Position numbers and translations under genes: made by a program | Assembly (NCBI GenBank): GCA_963751345.1 | Contig: CAVVUS010000014.1 | Span: forward strand, 243,394-307,393 | DNA: 64,000 nt | From: an uncultured Chloroflexia bacterium | GTDB lineage: Bacteria; Chloroflexota; Anaerolineae; B4-G1; SLSP01 | Direction of reading: 5' to 3' | Shown: in pieces, positions 21,150 through 32,049 of the stretch | Numbering within the stretch: the stretch's first letter is position 1 | Layout: each line of letters opens with the position of its first letter | Notes under the pieces: model-generated | Databases searched by the model: none | What the model saw: the letters and a program-made list of their open reading frames with translations, nothing else | Told to the model about the DNA's origin: nothing

Positions 21150-22064
21150 TCCACTCTTGAGCGCACTCCCTCCCTCCGCTGGGCAAGACAGGCTGGCCTT
21201 GGATGGCAGAGCGGGCCACAACCTCGGGGCCAGGTCGTCGATGGCGCTCTCTGGCCCTGAATAAGCATCGTCACGCCGTCGTACAACCAGGGACAATTCC
21301 TTGAAGAGACCATCCGCTCGGTGTTGTCACAAAATACCCAAATCTCGAATACATCGTCATGGACGGTGGAAGCACCGACGGAAGCGCGGACATCATCCGA
21401 CAGTACGAGCCATGGCTTAGCTATGTACGAATCGGGCCTGATGACGGTCAGGCAGCAGCCATTGCCGAGGGATTTCGCCACGCTACCGGAGACATCCTCG
21501 CCTGGCTCAATTCCGACGACCGCTACCGGTCCGGGACATTGCAACGGGTGGGGCGCTTCTTCACAATGCACAAGGATGTGGTCTTCGCCAACGGAGACGT
21601 GAACTACATCGATGTCGACGGGAATTTCGTCCTCCGTAGTTACGCGGTTCGGCCGAATCGTCTCCTTGGCCGCTAACATCGCCGTTCACGGCTGGCCGCA
21701 GCCTGGCTGTTTTTGGCGCCGTGAAGCCTACGAACAGGTGGGGGGGATAGATCCATCTCTGCAGTTCTCTATGGATCGCGACCTGTTTATACGACTGATC
21801 TCGGTCGGTGACAGCAGAACTATTCCTGGCCCTCCACTCGCCGACTTCCGGACCCACGGTAAAGCGAAGAGTTCCACACTACGGACTGTGCAGGCCAGGG
21901 AGGATCAAACGGTAATCGCCAGATATGAAGACCCACGCTATCGTTCACTGAAATGGTTGCTCCGCTTCCTCTGGTGGCTGTGGTGCAAACCAAAGGGCTT
22001 ACAGGCAAGACTGAACAAGGTCCTCACAAACGAGACCCGATGGAACCGATTGTTAGCGTCATAG
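21150..22064 (+). pseudogene. GT2 glycosyltransferase, fragmented
   Basis: SIVTPSYNQGQFLEETIRSV, MDGGSTD, WLNSDD, QPGCFWRR. Confidence 0.75.
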
Positions 22065-23022
22065 TTCCCACATATAACAGGGCCAACTACCTTGGAGAAG
22101 CACTCGACAGCATTCTGGGTCAAACGTATGCCGGGAATGAAATCATCGTTGTCGATGACGGTTCCACTGACTGCACCGCCGAATTGGTCAGATCGGTGCC
22201 GGATCCGCGTATTCGCTATGTATACCAGGAAAACCAAGGAGTGAGCAGTGCCCGCAACAGAGGGATCCGGGAAGCTCGGGGGAGCTACATCGCCTTCCTG
22301 GATTCAGATGACCTCTGGCTGCCAGAATTACTCGAGACTGCCACAAAAGTGCTGGGTTCAGATTCCACCATCGGATTGGTCTATGCCAGAGCGCAAGCCT
22401 TTCACTCCAAGGGGAACCCATTACCTTACACAAGTGGAGCTCCCCCGAGATTTGCGGACGACCTACTCAAGAGTGCTTTGTGGGGCGACTTCGTTTGCAC
22501 GATCACATCTGTGGTGAGACGTGAGGTCCTTGACCGGGCGGGCCTTTCGACGAAACTATGAAAGGCAATGAGGACTGGGACATGTGGATCCGGCTCTCGC
22601 GGGTAACGGGTTTCCGATTCGTCGACCGAGTCCTCGCGCTATTCAGAGTTCACAGTGGACGTATGACCCTCAGCGCCTCCGAACACTTCGAAACTATCAC
22701 TGAGGGGCGGTTCCAGCCCCTCAACAAGGTCTTCGATGATCCCGGGGCGTCCGAGCACATCCTGAGCCTGAAACCGTTGGCGTACCGCAACGCCCACATC
22801 GATGTGGCTTGCAGATGGATGACTGCTGGGAAAGTCAGCAAGGGACTAACACACGTACGTAAGGCAATCGCAGTTGGTCCATCCCCCATCGCAACTCTTG
22901 CACGCGTCGCACAGAGCATACTTTTCTCTCAGGTGCTTGTGAAGCATACCTGGGGATTCCAGCTCTTACAGAAGGGAGCTGCAGCCAGGCGTAAGTTGCA
23001 TTGGCTCGCTAGACGCTCGTAG
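22040..23022 (+). CDS. GT2 glycosyltransferase (frameshift near 22545)
   Basis: VSVIVPTYNR, DDGSTD, FLDSDD; second frame EDWDMW. Confidence 0.85.
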
Positions 23023-23142
23023 CGTCTTGATCAGAATGAGTCCAGGTGTTCGTCATCCGACTTGGAATCGCCAGGCCACAACTTTTCGGCTTATGCAGGG
23101 CCGAGCGGGCCAGTTCACCAGTGTGTTCTTTGTGGGAGATCT

Positions 23143-23859
23143 ATGCCTAGCAATATGCTGAGAGTAAAGTCCTACGCGAAGAAGTGGTTGGGCCGACTCG
23201 GTCTGCTTGAACGCCTTAGGCACCTGCATAGACCGCAGATGACCTGTCCTATCCAGCATCTGGGCAGTGCATACGGTGGATGGGCGGTGTGTCCCCTCAC
23301 CCTTTCCGCGAACAGCATAGTCTATTCATTTGGCATAGGAGAAGACGCATCCTTCGATCAGGATGTGATAGAGCGATACGGCGCACAGGTGTTTGCCTTC
23401 GACCCCACACCGGATTCTATCAATTGGGTAGCCCATCAAGAGTGGCCTGCGAACTTCAGTTTCTTTCCGTGGGGACTAGCCGGTGGAGACGGCAAACGTT
23501 ACCTGTACCCGCCGTCTGATCCCAGCCATATCTCTCACACTGTACTGACCCGACGGCACATGGTTGGCGATCCCATTGAAGTGAGCATGTATCAGTTGAG
23601 TACGATAGCTAGGACTTTAGGGCATCGGCACATTGATGTGCTGAAGATGGACATAGAAGGTGCCGAATACGAAGTCATAGATAACATCGTTGCGCTAGAA
23701 CGGGTCGAAATTGACCAGATTCTGGTGGAATTCCATCATTTCTTCCCAAACGTGAGGCACCGGCAAACGCGAAAAGCGGTCCGCCTGCTAAATGCGGCTG
23801 GATACCGGATATTCTACATATCGCCCAGTGGCCACGAGTACAGTCTTGTCAAGCTCTGA
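23143..23859 (+). CDS. FkbM-family methyltransferase
   Basis: YGGW, VYSFGIGED.SFD, AFDPTP, LKMDIEGAE, VEFH. Confidence 0.85.
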   Translation: MPSNMLRVKSYAKKWLGRLGLLERLRHLHRPQMTCPIQHLGSAYGGWAVCPLTLSANSIVYSFGIGEDASFDQDVIERYGAQVFAFDPTPDSINWVAHQEWPANFSFFPWGLAGGDGKRYLYPPSDPSHISHTVLTRRHMVGDPIEVSMYQLSTIARTLGHRHIDVLKMDIEGAEYEVIDNIVALERVEIDQILVEFHHFFPNVRHRQTRKAVRLLNAAGYRIFYISPSGHEYSLVKL

Positions 23860-25057
23860 GCAGCACCTTAGAATCGCATGCCTGACTCGCATCACATTGG
23901 CCCACAAGGTCAAAGGGGGAATGGAGCAACACCTGCGAGTTTTGGCAGAAGGCCTGACGGACTTGGGACACGAGGTGGAGGTCTACACAACTGCTAGTCC
24001 AACCGGTGAAGCCGATATCACTCTTAACGGTATTCCATACCACTTTTTGGCCTCTCCAGCAGGTCGATACAGACCAGCGTGGACGCGGGAGAGCCAGATA
24101 GTAGCTAAGCAGATGGGCCACGACCACACAGTTGATGTTCTATGGGGCCAAGGGGCGGGAGCCGAAGCAGCTTCGAGACTATCACGGCGCAGTCGTCCTC
24201 CTCTGGTAACAGTGCTTCATGGTACCTTCCTTGGTGAGTTCCGAACCAATATCCGGAATCTCGGCGGGGTGCGAAGTGCAGCACTGGCCCTCCTAATGAT
24301 CTGGAGATTTGCGGCATGGCGCGGTCACATAAAGAAAGCGGACCATCTTGTAGTTCTCACGCATTCAGAGGAACAGAGCCTGCGCCGATGGTTTCGTGAT
24401 CTTCCACCGATGACGGTGATTCCAAATGGAATAGATGTCGGTCTCTTCGCTCCAGACCCAATCGCGGGAAGTCACATCAGAGAGCAACTCAGTATCCCAC
24501 GAAGTACACCTCTGTTGATCGCCGTTGGGCGATTAGTACATGAAAAGGGGACTCACCTCGCTATCGCCGCTCTACAGGGCCTCAAAAACCGAAACGCGCA
24601 TCTCGTGATTGTCGGAGATGGCCCAGATCGGGAGGCCCTTCGAAATATGTCACAAACACTCGGCGTGTCGCAGCGTGTTCGTTTCGTCGGGCATGTGGAC
24701 CGAGCCCAACTTCCGGCCTATTACAGCTCCGCCGATGCCTTCATTATGCCTACTCTCCGCCACGAAGGCCTTCCGCTCACACTGATCGAGGCAATGGCAT
24801 CTGGCTTGCCCACGGTGGCGACGAACGTCAGTGGAATCTCTGCTGCCATCACGCAGCATCGGGAGGGACTACTTATCCCTATGGGAGACAAGGCTGCTCT
24901 GGTCAGGGCCATTGATCAACTTCTCGATAGTCCCACCATTGCCCTTCAGCTCGGCCGGAATGCAAGAGCCAAGGCTGTAGACCAATTCAGTGTCAAGCGT
25001 ATGATCACTGACACCGAGAAAGTATTCAGACAGGTTGTGGCGGAACACGTTGGATGA
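23792..25057 (+). CDS. GT4 glycosyltransferase (true start uncertain, near 23860)
   Basis: GGME, IPNGID, GRLVHEKG, EGLPLTLIEAMASG. Confidence 0.9.
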   Translation: MRLDTGYSTYRPVATSTVLSSSEQHLRIACLTRITLAHKVKGGMEQHLRVLAEGLTDLGHEVEVYTTASPTGEADITLNGIPYHFLASPAGRYRPAWTRESQIVAKQMGHDHTVDVLWGQGAGAEAASRLSRRSRPPLVTVLHGTFLGEFRTNIRNLGGVRSAALALLMIWRFAAWRGHIKKADHLVVLTHSEEQSLRRWFRDLPPMTVIPNGIDVGLFAPDPIAGSHIREQLSIPRSTPLLIAVGRLVHEKGTHLAIAALQGLKNRNAHLVIVGDGPDREALRNMSQTLGVSQRVRFVGHVDRAQLPAYYSSADAFIMPTLRHEGLPLTLIEAMASGLPTVATNVSGISAAITQHREGLLIPMGDKAALVRAIDQLLDSPTIALQLGRNARAKAVDQFSVKRMITDTEKVFRQVVAEHVG

Positions 25058-25107
25058 ACACATAAGCATCTCAAACGCCGTTCGCACCGGACAGGAGAGT
25101 CCCAGCA

Positions 25108-25959
25108 TTGGGCGGACCGGATAGCCTCTCAGTGATAATTCCTTCCTTGCGTGGAGTTCCGCAGGAGCTGTTACACAGTATTGAAGGTCAGTCTCTTGTT
25201 CCAGGTGAGACTGAGATTGTCGTCGGTGTGAGCCCAAATGGACGAGCACGCAATGTAGGTGTGGCCCGCACAACAGGAAGCGTCTTGTTCTTCATCGATG
25301 ATGATGCTGTGTTGGCACATAGTCGCGTGATAGAGACAATGGTCTCCCTCCTCGAAGACCCTGAAGTTGGTGTCGTTGGGGCATCAAGGTTGGTGCCGCC
25401 CGAATCGTCCCCCTTCCAACAACGTGTGGCGCGCCAGGTAGCCCGGATCAACAATCCCGTGGTCCACGTACCCCTGGAGACAAATCCCGATCCGCCGTTG
25501 TACAGCACCCAAGTCACGACGACTTGTGCAGCTATGAGAAGAGAGGTCTTTGAGCGGGCGGGCGGATTCAGCGAGGTGCTTGTCCGCAGCGTTGATCCGG
25601 AGTTCTTCCATCGTGTGCGGGCACTTGGCTACCGGTTTTTTCTTGCGCCGGACGTATGGGCTTGGCACCCTGCTCCGCCAACGCTCCGGAAGCTGGTAAT
25701 CAAGCATTTCAACTATGGCCTCGGACATGCCCAAGCTGCGCATATACATCCGGAACTAGCTCGTGGGCCGGAGCGCTATCCTTTGCCATACTTCATCCTG
25801 AGAACCCTTCTGGCGCCTCTGCAGATCTTCACGTCGTATTCATTTGGCGATCCAGACTTTCGCCTCACATTTGCGCCACTCAAAGCCGTGGCGAGCTACG
25901 CTAGTGCCGTGGGCTACGTCTATGGTTGCCTGGCAAATGTCGACCAGAAGTATGTGTGA
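25108..25959 (+). CDS. GT2 glycosyltransferase
   Basis: SVIIPS, ARNVG, FIDDD, GGF. Confidence 0.85.
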   Translation: MGGPDSLSVIIPSLRGVPQELLHSIEGQSLVPGETEIVVGVSPNGRARNVGVARTTGSVLFFIDDDAVLAHSRVIETMVSLLEDPEVGVVGASRLVPPESSPFQQRVARQVARINNPVVHVPLETNPDPPLYSTQVTTTCAAMRREVFERAGGFSEVLVRSVDPEFFHRVRALGYRFFLAPDVWAWHPAPPTLRKLVIKHFNYGLGHAQAAHIHPELARGPERYPLPYFILRTLLAPLQIFTSYSFGDPDFRLTFAPLKAVASYASAVGYVYGCLANVDQKYV

Positions 25960-26002
25960 CCATAAGACATCGAGCGGGGACAGATAGGCGGAGGAACGTA
26001 GG

Positions 26003-26770
26003 GTGGACAGAGTTGTTAGGACGCATTACGATGCCGTAATCTCAGAATTGGCGAGGTCCTATCCGAAAGACCCGAGTCTGTCCCAATTCCAGAACCTGGT
26101 GTCCGCACATCAATACTTCCGCCTGTATGACACCATCGCCAAATACTTGCTCCCGGGCAAGACAGTCTTGGACTGGGGTTCGGGCAATGGCCACTTCTCC
26201 TATTACCTGGTGCGCTCGGGATACCTCACTTGCGGATATGGGTTCAATGACGTACCTCAGATCTGCCGAGACCTGCCGGACAAGGCCTACGTCTATCGAC
26301 AAGGCAGCACGGATGACCCGGTCAGGATCCCTTATGAAGACCAGAGCTTCGACGCTGTGGTTTCGGTGGGGGTTCTCGAGCACGTACGCGAGTCAGGTGG
26401 TGACGAGATCAGCAGCCTCAGGGAGATCCATCGACTGCTCAAACCGGGCGGCGTTTTCATCTGCTATCATCTGCCGAACCAATACAGTTTGATAGAGTGG
26501 GGCCTGCGCCGGGTCGGGCGGTGGTCTCACAAATACCGCTATACCCAGCGCGACATCCTCTCACTCGCATCTTCAGCGGATCTGCGGGTGGTCGAGACCA
26601 TGCGCTATGCAATCTTGCCCAGGAACATCTGGTTTTGGGCCAACAAAAACGAAGTGAGCTTGTCTAGGAGACTGGCGCGCGTGTATGACCGTCTGGATGA
26701 TGCGCTGTCTCTCCTGGCCTCGCCGATCTGCCAGAACTACCTCTTTGTCGCCGAAAGGGCTCGCTCATAG
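26003..26770 (+). CDS. Class I SAM-dependent methyltransferase
   Basis: VLDWGSGNG, FDAVVSVGVLEH, LKPGG. Confidence 0.88.
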   Translation: MDRVVRTHYDAVISELARSYPKDPSLSQFQNLVSAHQYFRLYDTIAKYLLPGKTVLDWGSGNGHFSYYLVRSGYLTCGYGFNDVPQICRDLPDKAYVYRQGSTDDPVRIPYEDQSFDAVVSVGVLEHVRESGGDEISSLREIHRLLKPGGVFICYHLPNQYSLIEWGLRRVGRWSHKYRYTQRDILSLASSADLRVVETMRYAILPRNIWFWANKNEVSLSRRLARVYDRLDDALSLLASPICQNYLFVAERARS

Positions 26771-26932
26771 TCCGCGTAAGCGGGTGCCCGTGGGATGGCT
26801 TGCTCACGCCTCAGAATCTGCTATCGTTCACAGGATTCCAACAGAGGCGGACCCAAATGTCCACCAAGGAGCCTGACGTTCGTCCAACAATGTAGGCCGT
26901 TAACACCAGCACATCTTGTGAGATTAGAGCCC

Positions 26933-27671
26933 TTGACCACCCGCATCATCATCCCAACCTATAACGAACGAGAGAACATCGCGCCGCTCGTCGAGCGGCT
27001 GCTCGCCCAACCCGTAGACATCGGCGTGATCGTCGTCGACGACGCCTCCCCCGACGGCACCGGCGAGATCGCCGACCGGCTGGCGGCGCAGCACGACGGG
27101 CGCGTCCAGGTGATCCACCGCGAGGGCAAGCTCGGCCTCGGCACCGCCTACATCGCCGGGTTCCGCCGAGCGATTGCGGAGGGCGCCGACTTCGCCATCA
27201 CGATGGACGCCGACTTCTCCCACCCGCCCGAGAAGGTCCCCGAGCTGCTCGCCAAAGCCCGGGACGGCTACGACCTGGTCATCGGCAGCCGCTACGTGCC
27301 GGGGGGTCGCGCGGTCGAGTGCACCCTGCCTCGCAAGATGCTGAGTTGGGGCGCCAACGCCTTCGCGCGCGATCTTGTTGGGCCTCAAGGCCCACGACAC
27401 CACCGCCGGCTTCCGCTGCTACCGCGGCGAGGTCCTGGCCTCCATTGCGCTCGAACAGATCTTCTCCGATGGCTACTCCTTTCTGATGGAGATGCTCTAC
27501 AAGGTGCAGCGAGCGGGCTGGCGCGTCGGCGAGGTCCCCATCGTCTTTCATAACCGCCAGCAGGGCGTCTCCAAGATCTCGCGAACCGAAGTATATAAGG
27601 CGCTCTACACCGTCTTGCGTCTCTTCAAGTCGCGGGTGTTCCCCACGTCGAGCGCCCCCCCACCCGCATGA
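26933..27671 (+). CDS. Polyprenol-monophosphomannose synthase (Dpm1/Ppm1-like; frameshift near 27373)
   Basis: [34 protein letters not shown]; second frame DTTAGFRCY...EVPI.F..R..G.SK. Confidence 0.88.
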
Positions 27672-28645
27672 TGTACACCCGCTGCAACCTCTGCGGTGCC
27701 GACGATGCCGTGGAGATCATTCCCTCCACCCTGGATCCGGAGGGAAAGAGCGAAAGTCCTCCTCGTGACCGCGCCAGACAGGGCAATTGGTCCGCCTACG
27801 CCTGCACGAGCGGCGGCTATGGCCTGCACGGCCCCATCGTCAAGTGCCGGCGGTGTGGTCTCGTCTACGTGGCGCCGCGGCCCAACCACGACGACGTGGT
27901 CGGTATCTACACCGCCGTCAAGGACCCCCTCTACGTCGCCGAGCGCGCCGGGCGTGTGCTGACCTTCGAACACCACCTGAGACCTATGGAACGCTTCACC
28001 GGCCCTGCGGATGGACGCCGGCTGCTGGACGTCGGGGCCTATACCGGCGTCTTCGTCGAGATCGCATCCGACCACGGATGGAACGCGTGGGGCGTCGAGC
28101 CCAGCGCGTGGGCCGTGGCCGAGGCTCGCAGTCAAGGGTTACAGATGGTGCTCGGCACCCTGGAGGATGCGGACGTCGGCGAGGGCGGACCCCTCGCACA
28201 CGGTAGCTTCAGCGTCGTGACGATGTGGGACGTGATCGAGCACGTCGCCGATCCCCTGGCCACGCTGCAAGCAGCCTGGCATGCGCTCAAGCCGGGGGGC
28301 TATCTGGTGGTGCACACGATGGATCTCGATAGCTTCTTCGCGCGACTGATGGGCAGTCGCTGGCCGTGGTTCATGGAGATGCACCTCACGTACTTTACGC
28401 GAAGCACCTTGCGGCACATGCTGGAAGCGGCGGGATTCACCGTCTTCTGGATGGGCGCCCAGGGCCGCTATCTACATGCGGGCTACCTGGCAAGCAGGGT
28501 CACCGCGCTGTTTCGCCGGTCCCCCGTCACCCGCCTCCTCGGCCCCTCGCTGGAGTGGGCCGTCAACATGACGAAGCTATCCAACCTGCCCCTGCGCGTC
28601 AACCTGGGCGACCTCTTCACGACCTACGCACGCAAACCAACCTGA
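27668..28645 (+). CDS. Class I SAM methyltransferase with N-terminal CxxC...CxxC zinc-binding region
   Basis: CNLC, CRRC, LDVGAYTG, WDVIEH, LKPGG. Confidence 0.85.
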   Translation: MMYTRCNLCGADDAVEIIPSTLDPEGKSESPPRDRARQGNWSAYACTSGGYGLHGPIVKCRRCGLVYVAPRPNHDDVVGIYTAVKDPLYVAERAGRVLTFEHHLRPMERFTGPADGRRLLDVGAYTGVFVEIASDHGWNAWGVEPSAWAVAEARSQGLQMVLGTLEDADVGEGGPLAHGSFSVVTMWDVIEHVADPLATLQAAWHALKPGGYLVVHTMDLDSFFARLMGSRWPWFMEMHLTYFTRSTLRHMLEAAGFTVFWMGAQGRYLHAGYLASRVTALFRRSPVTRLLGPSLEWAVNMTKLSNLPLRVNLGDLFTTYARKPT

Positions 28646-28756
28646 ATTCCAACGCGAACCACCGATTCCGGCTCGCCCGGCCTGCTATGCTGAGAGTGAG
28701 GAAGTCTAGGGCAAGATCATCCGCTGCTTGCAGGCGACAGGGAAGCGGAGAGGACT

Positions 28757-29167
28757 ATGGATAAGGTCATTGTTCAGCAAAACCGAGAGTTTCAGGTAGC
28801 ATTCCGGGCGCAGAGTGAGGAGGAAGAGGAGCTTCACGAGGTCGCGCATATCTACGAGCTTTCCCCCTACACGATGATGCTGGCGAGCTTGGGCGTGTGC
28901 ACGACCATTGTGATGCACACATATGCGCAGCACCACGGGGTCGATCTCGACCTGGTGCAGGCAACCGTCACCTATCATCGCAAAGAGCACGAGGACGCGC
29001 AGGGAGACCAACCCTTCGATGAATGGATCGAGGAGGAGCTCTCAATGGAGGGCGACCTGACCGATGCTCAATACGAACGCCTGGGACACGTTGGCCACGC
29101 CTGTTCCATCCGCAAGATGCTGGAATCGGGCATCGAGGTGAGATCCAGGCTCGCAGAACCCGCGTGA
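28757..29167 (+). CDS. OsmC/Ohr-family (YhfA-like) protein
   Basis: SPYTMMLASLGVCT...CSIRKML. Confidence 0.8.
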   Translation: MDKVIVQQNREFQVAFRAQSEEEEELHEVAHIYELSPYTMMLASLGVCTTIVMHTYAQHHGVDLDLVQATVTYHRKEHEDAQGDQPFDEWIEEELSMEGDLTDAQYERLGHVGHACSIRKMLESGIEVRSRLAEPA

Positions 29168-29172
29168 GAAGG

Positions 29173-29272
29173 AAACCTTGCGAAGATGACGAAGGCTCGT
29201 GCTAGCGAAGGTAGCGTTCGTAAGCGAACGACACCTAGTTTCTGACGAAGCCGCGCTAACCTGCGCAAGGTT
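29173..29272. repeat. REP-like AACCTT(C)GC(G/A)AGGTT palindromes
   Basis: Copies at 29173 and 29258; related copies at 30512, 30567, 32767, 32804 and 56891-56923. Confidence 0.6.
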
Positions 29273-29388
29273 CGCCCGGTTTGGCGAAATCGCCAGAGGC
29301 TGGTAGAATAGTGACGGCTCCAGTAGGAGCCGTCTTTCTTGTTAGGCTCCACAGGAGTCCCAATAACGTTACAGAGGGGGAAATGTAG

Positions 29389-30504
29389 ATGATCTACCGT
29401 ACATTAGGGCGGACTGGACTTAAGGTCTCACAGTTGGGCTTTGGCGCTATGCGCCTGCCGATGACCGAGGTGGACGGCAAGAAAGTCGTCGATCGCGAGT
29501 TATCCACGCCCATGATCCACCGGGCCTTCGAGGCCGGCCTCAACTACATCGACACCGCCGTGGGCTACTGCGACGAGGATAGCCAGCGGGCCGTCGGCGC
29601 CGCCCTCAAGGGCTGGCGTGACAAGATCGTGGTTTCGACCAAGAACCATTACTACGGTGAGGACGAAAGCGAGTGGTGGGCCCACCTGGAGCATAGCCTG
29701 GAGCGTCTTGACGTCGACTACATCGACATCTACAACCATCATGGCATCAACTGGGAGCGCTACGAGAACAACGTCGAGCCCCGGGTCAGCAAGTGGATGC
29801 TGAAAGCCAAGGACCAGGGACTCATCAGGCACATCTGCACCTCGTTCCACGACAGCAACGAGGCCCTGATGAAGCTGGTGGATACCGGATATGTCGAGTC
29901 CATCACGCTGCAGTACAACCTGCTCTACCGCGACCTCGAAGAAGGCATCGCCTACGCCAAGGAGAATAACGTCGGCGTGGTCGTGATGGGCCCCGTCGCC
30001 GGCGGCCGCCTGGCCGGACCTTCCGACGTGCTGACCGGCCTCGTCCCGGGCATCGAGCGCGTGCCTGAGCTGGCGCTGCGTTTCGTGCTGTCCAACCCCA
30101 ACGTCACCGTTGCCCTGTCCGGCATGGGCACCATGCAGATGGTGGAGGAGAATACGGCCATCGCAGCAGACGCGATCAGCCTGACCGCAGACGAGCGCGC
30201 AAACATCGAGACGCACGTCCAGCGGCTGGTGGAGATGGAGAAGCTCTACTGCACAGGCTGCAAGTACTGCCAACCGTGTCCCCAGGAGGTCAATATCCCC
30301 CACATCTTCGAGCAGTACAACCTGGGCAAAGTCTACGGACTGTGGACCGTGGCCAAGGACAACTACGCCAAGTTCCCCGACCAGCGATGGATTGGCGGCA
30401 AGCAGGCCGACGCGTGTATCGAATGCGGCGAGTGCGAGGACAAGTGCCCGCAGCACATCGAGATCCGCGAGCAGCTCAAGGCAGCCCACGCCGCTCTAGC
30501 ATAA
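29389..30504 (+). CDS. Aldo/keto reductase with C-terminal 4Fe-4S dicluster domain
   Basis: YRTLGRTGLKVSQLGFGAMR, IDTA..Y; CTGCKYCQPC and CIECGECEDKC. Confidence 0.92.
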   Translation: MIYRTLGRTGLKVSQLGFGAMRLPMTEVDGKKVVDRELSTPMIHRAFEAGLNYIDTAVGYCDEDSQRAVGAALKGWRDKIVVSTKNHYYGEDESEWWAHLEHSLERLDVDYIDIYNHHGINWERYENNVEPRVSKWMLKAKDQGLIRHICTSFHDSNEALMKLVDTGYVESITLQYNLLYRDLEEGIAYAKENNVGVVVMGPVAGGRLAGPSDVLTGLVPGIERVPELALRFVLSNPNVTVALSGMGTMQMVEENTAIAADAISLTADERANIETHVQRLVEMEKLYCTGCKYCQPCPQEVNIPHIFEQYNLGKVYGLWTVAKDNYAKFPDQRWIGGKQADACIECGECEDKCPQHIEIREQLKAAHAALA

Positions 30505-30511
30505 TTCCCGC

Positions 30512-30582
30512 AACCTTGCGAAGGTGGCCCGAGCCCCGACAGACGACCGTCGGGGACTCGGGCTTGAACCTTCGCGAGGTTT
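30512..30582. repeat. REP-like doublet flanking a GC hairpin
   Basis: AACCTTGCGAAGGT...CCCCGAC/GTCGGGG...AACCTTCGCGAGGTT. Confidence 0.6.
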
Positions 30583-30639
30583 AGCACCTTCCTAGTGCAT
30601 TAGCATAGTACCTCTTCGTGATAAGCGCCTGAGGCGCAT

Positions 30640-30703
30640 GTTCCAGGCGGATCTGTGATCCGCCGTCTGCACGGAGACGACGGATCACAGATCCGCCTGG
30701 AAC
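30640..30703. repeat. Long inverted repeat between convergent genes
   Basis: GTTCCAGGCGGATCTGTGATCCG ... CGGATCACAGATCCGCCTGGAAC, 23-bp perfect arms. Confidence 0.8.
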
Positions 30704-30743
30704 GAGGTCAGGATCTCTCCCGAAAAGCTCCCTTGACTTTGCA

Positions 30744-32045
30744 CTAGTCGAAAAACATCACCTTCACGTGCGCCCCGGCCGGAGCGTTGGACCAATCTTC
30801 TGGGATGATTGCCAGGCCATTCGCTCTGACCATCGAGTTGAGAATGCCCGACCCCTGCTCACCCGTCAGGCTCGCGTGATAGATCCCGTCCCCAGCAACC
30901 TGGGCCCCAGGCTGCTGGCGCTCGCCAGGCTGCTGGCGCTCGATCCGCACGCGCACGTAGTGGCGGCGGTCGTCCTTGGATAGGATCGGGTCGTCAAGGA
31001 TAGCGTCGAACATCGGCCGGCTCAAGTCCTTGTAGCCGAGCATCGTCAGGATCGCGGGCCGGACGAAGAGCTCAAACGAGACCATCGCCGAGACGGGATT
31101 CCCCGGCATGCCCAGCACCGGGACGGTACGGGTGACACCACCGACATCTGCCGTAATCTTGCCGAACGCCAGGGGCTTGCCCGGCTTCATCCGCACGCGC
31201 CAGAACGTCATCTCGCCCTCGGCGATCAGCACCTGCTTCACTACGTCAAAATCACCTACCGACACGCCGCCGGAGGTGAGCAGCAGGTCAGCCCCCATCT
31301 CCAACCCCTGTCGGATCTTGTCTGTAAGGTCGCCGATGCTATCCTGCGCGATGCCCAGCATCAGTGGCTCCCCACCGTACTTCAACACCTGCGCTGCATT
31401 CGAGTAGCCGTTGGCATTGCGGATCTTCCCGGGCGTCAGCGGCGCATCGATGTCGACAAGCTCATCTCCCGTGGCCAAAATCGCCACGCGAGGCCGCCGG
31501 ATCGCCTTGATCTGCGAATAGCCCAGCGCCGCCAGCATTCCGATCTCCTGGGGTCGCAAGCGCGCACCCGCGGAGAGCACCTGTGTCCCCTCGCGCACAT
31601 CCTCCCCTGCGAAGCGCACGTTCTTCCCCACGGCCATCTCGGCGAAGAGTGCCACCTGGTCCCCTTCTTGCTGCGTCTCCTCGAAAGGTATCACCGCATC
31701 GGCCCCGTCAGGCATCGGCGCGCCCGTCATGATACGGATCGCCGTTCCCGAGGTTACCTCCGCCTCGGCCATATAGCCTGCGGCCAGGTTCTCTATGACG
31801 CGCAGCGTTCTGGGAGAGTCGGACGTGGCACCGGCGGTATCTGCGGCGATGACGGCATAGCCATCCATCGCGGTGTTTGCATGAGGGGGGATGTCCCCCC
31901 GGGCATAGGCGTCCTCGGCCAGTACACGCCCCAGGGCCTCCAAGATCGGCACCTGTTCCGCCTCCAGCGGGTGAAACGCGCCCAGCACCCGCTCCAACGC
32001 CCGCTCAACGCTCAACATCGGGTACAACTCGTGGTGGTGTCTCAT
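30744..32045 (-). CDS. moeA: Molybdopterin molybdotransferase
   Basis: [49 protein letters not shown]. Confidence 0.95.
   Translation of the reverse strand: MRHHHELYPMLSVERALERVLGAFHPLEAEQVPILEALGRVLAEDAYARGDIPPHANTAMDGYAVIAADTAGATSDSPRTLRVIENLAAGYMAEAEVTSGTAIRIMTGAPMPDGADAVIPFEETQQEGDQVALFAEMAVGKNVRFAGEDVREGTQVLSAGARLRPQEIGMLAALGYSQIKAIRRPRVAILATGDELVDIDAPLTPGKIRNANGYSNAAQVLKYGGEPLMLGIAQDSIGDLTDKIRQGLEMGADLLLTSGGVSVGDFDVVKQVLIAEGEMTFWRVRMKPGKPLAFGKITADVGGVTRTVPVLGMPGNPVSAMVSFELFVRPAILTMLGYKDLSRPMFDAILDDPILSKDDRRHYVRVRIERQQPGERQQPGAQVAGDGIYHASLTGEQGSGILNSMVRANGLAIIPEDWSNAPAGAHVKVMFFD
30907..30942. repeat. 18-bp tandem repeat CCAGGCTGCTGGCGCTCG x2 inside moeA (ERQQPG)
   Basis: Seen directly in the sequence. 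Confidence 0.85.
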
Positions 32046-32049
32046 AGCT

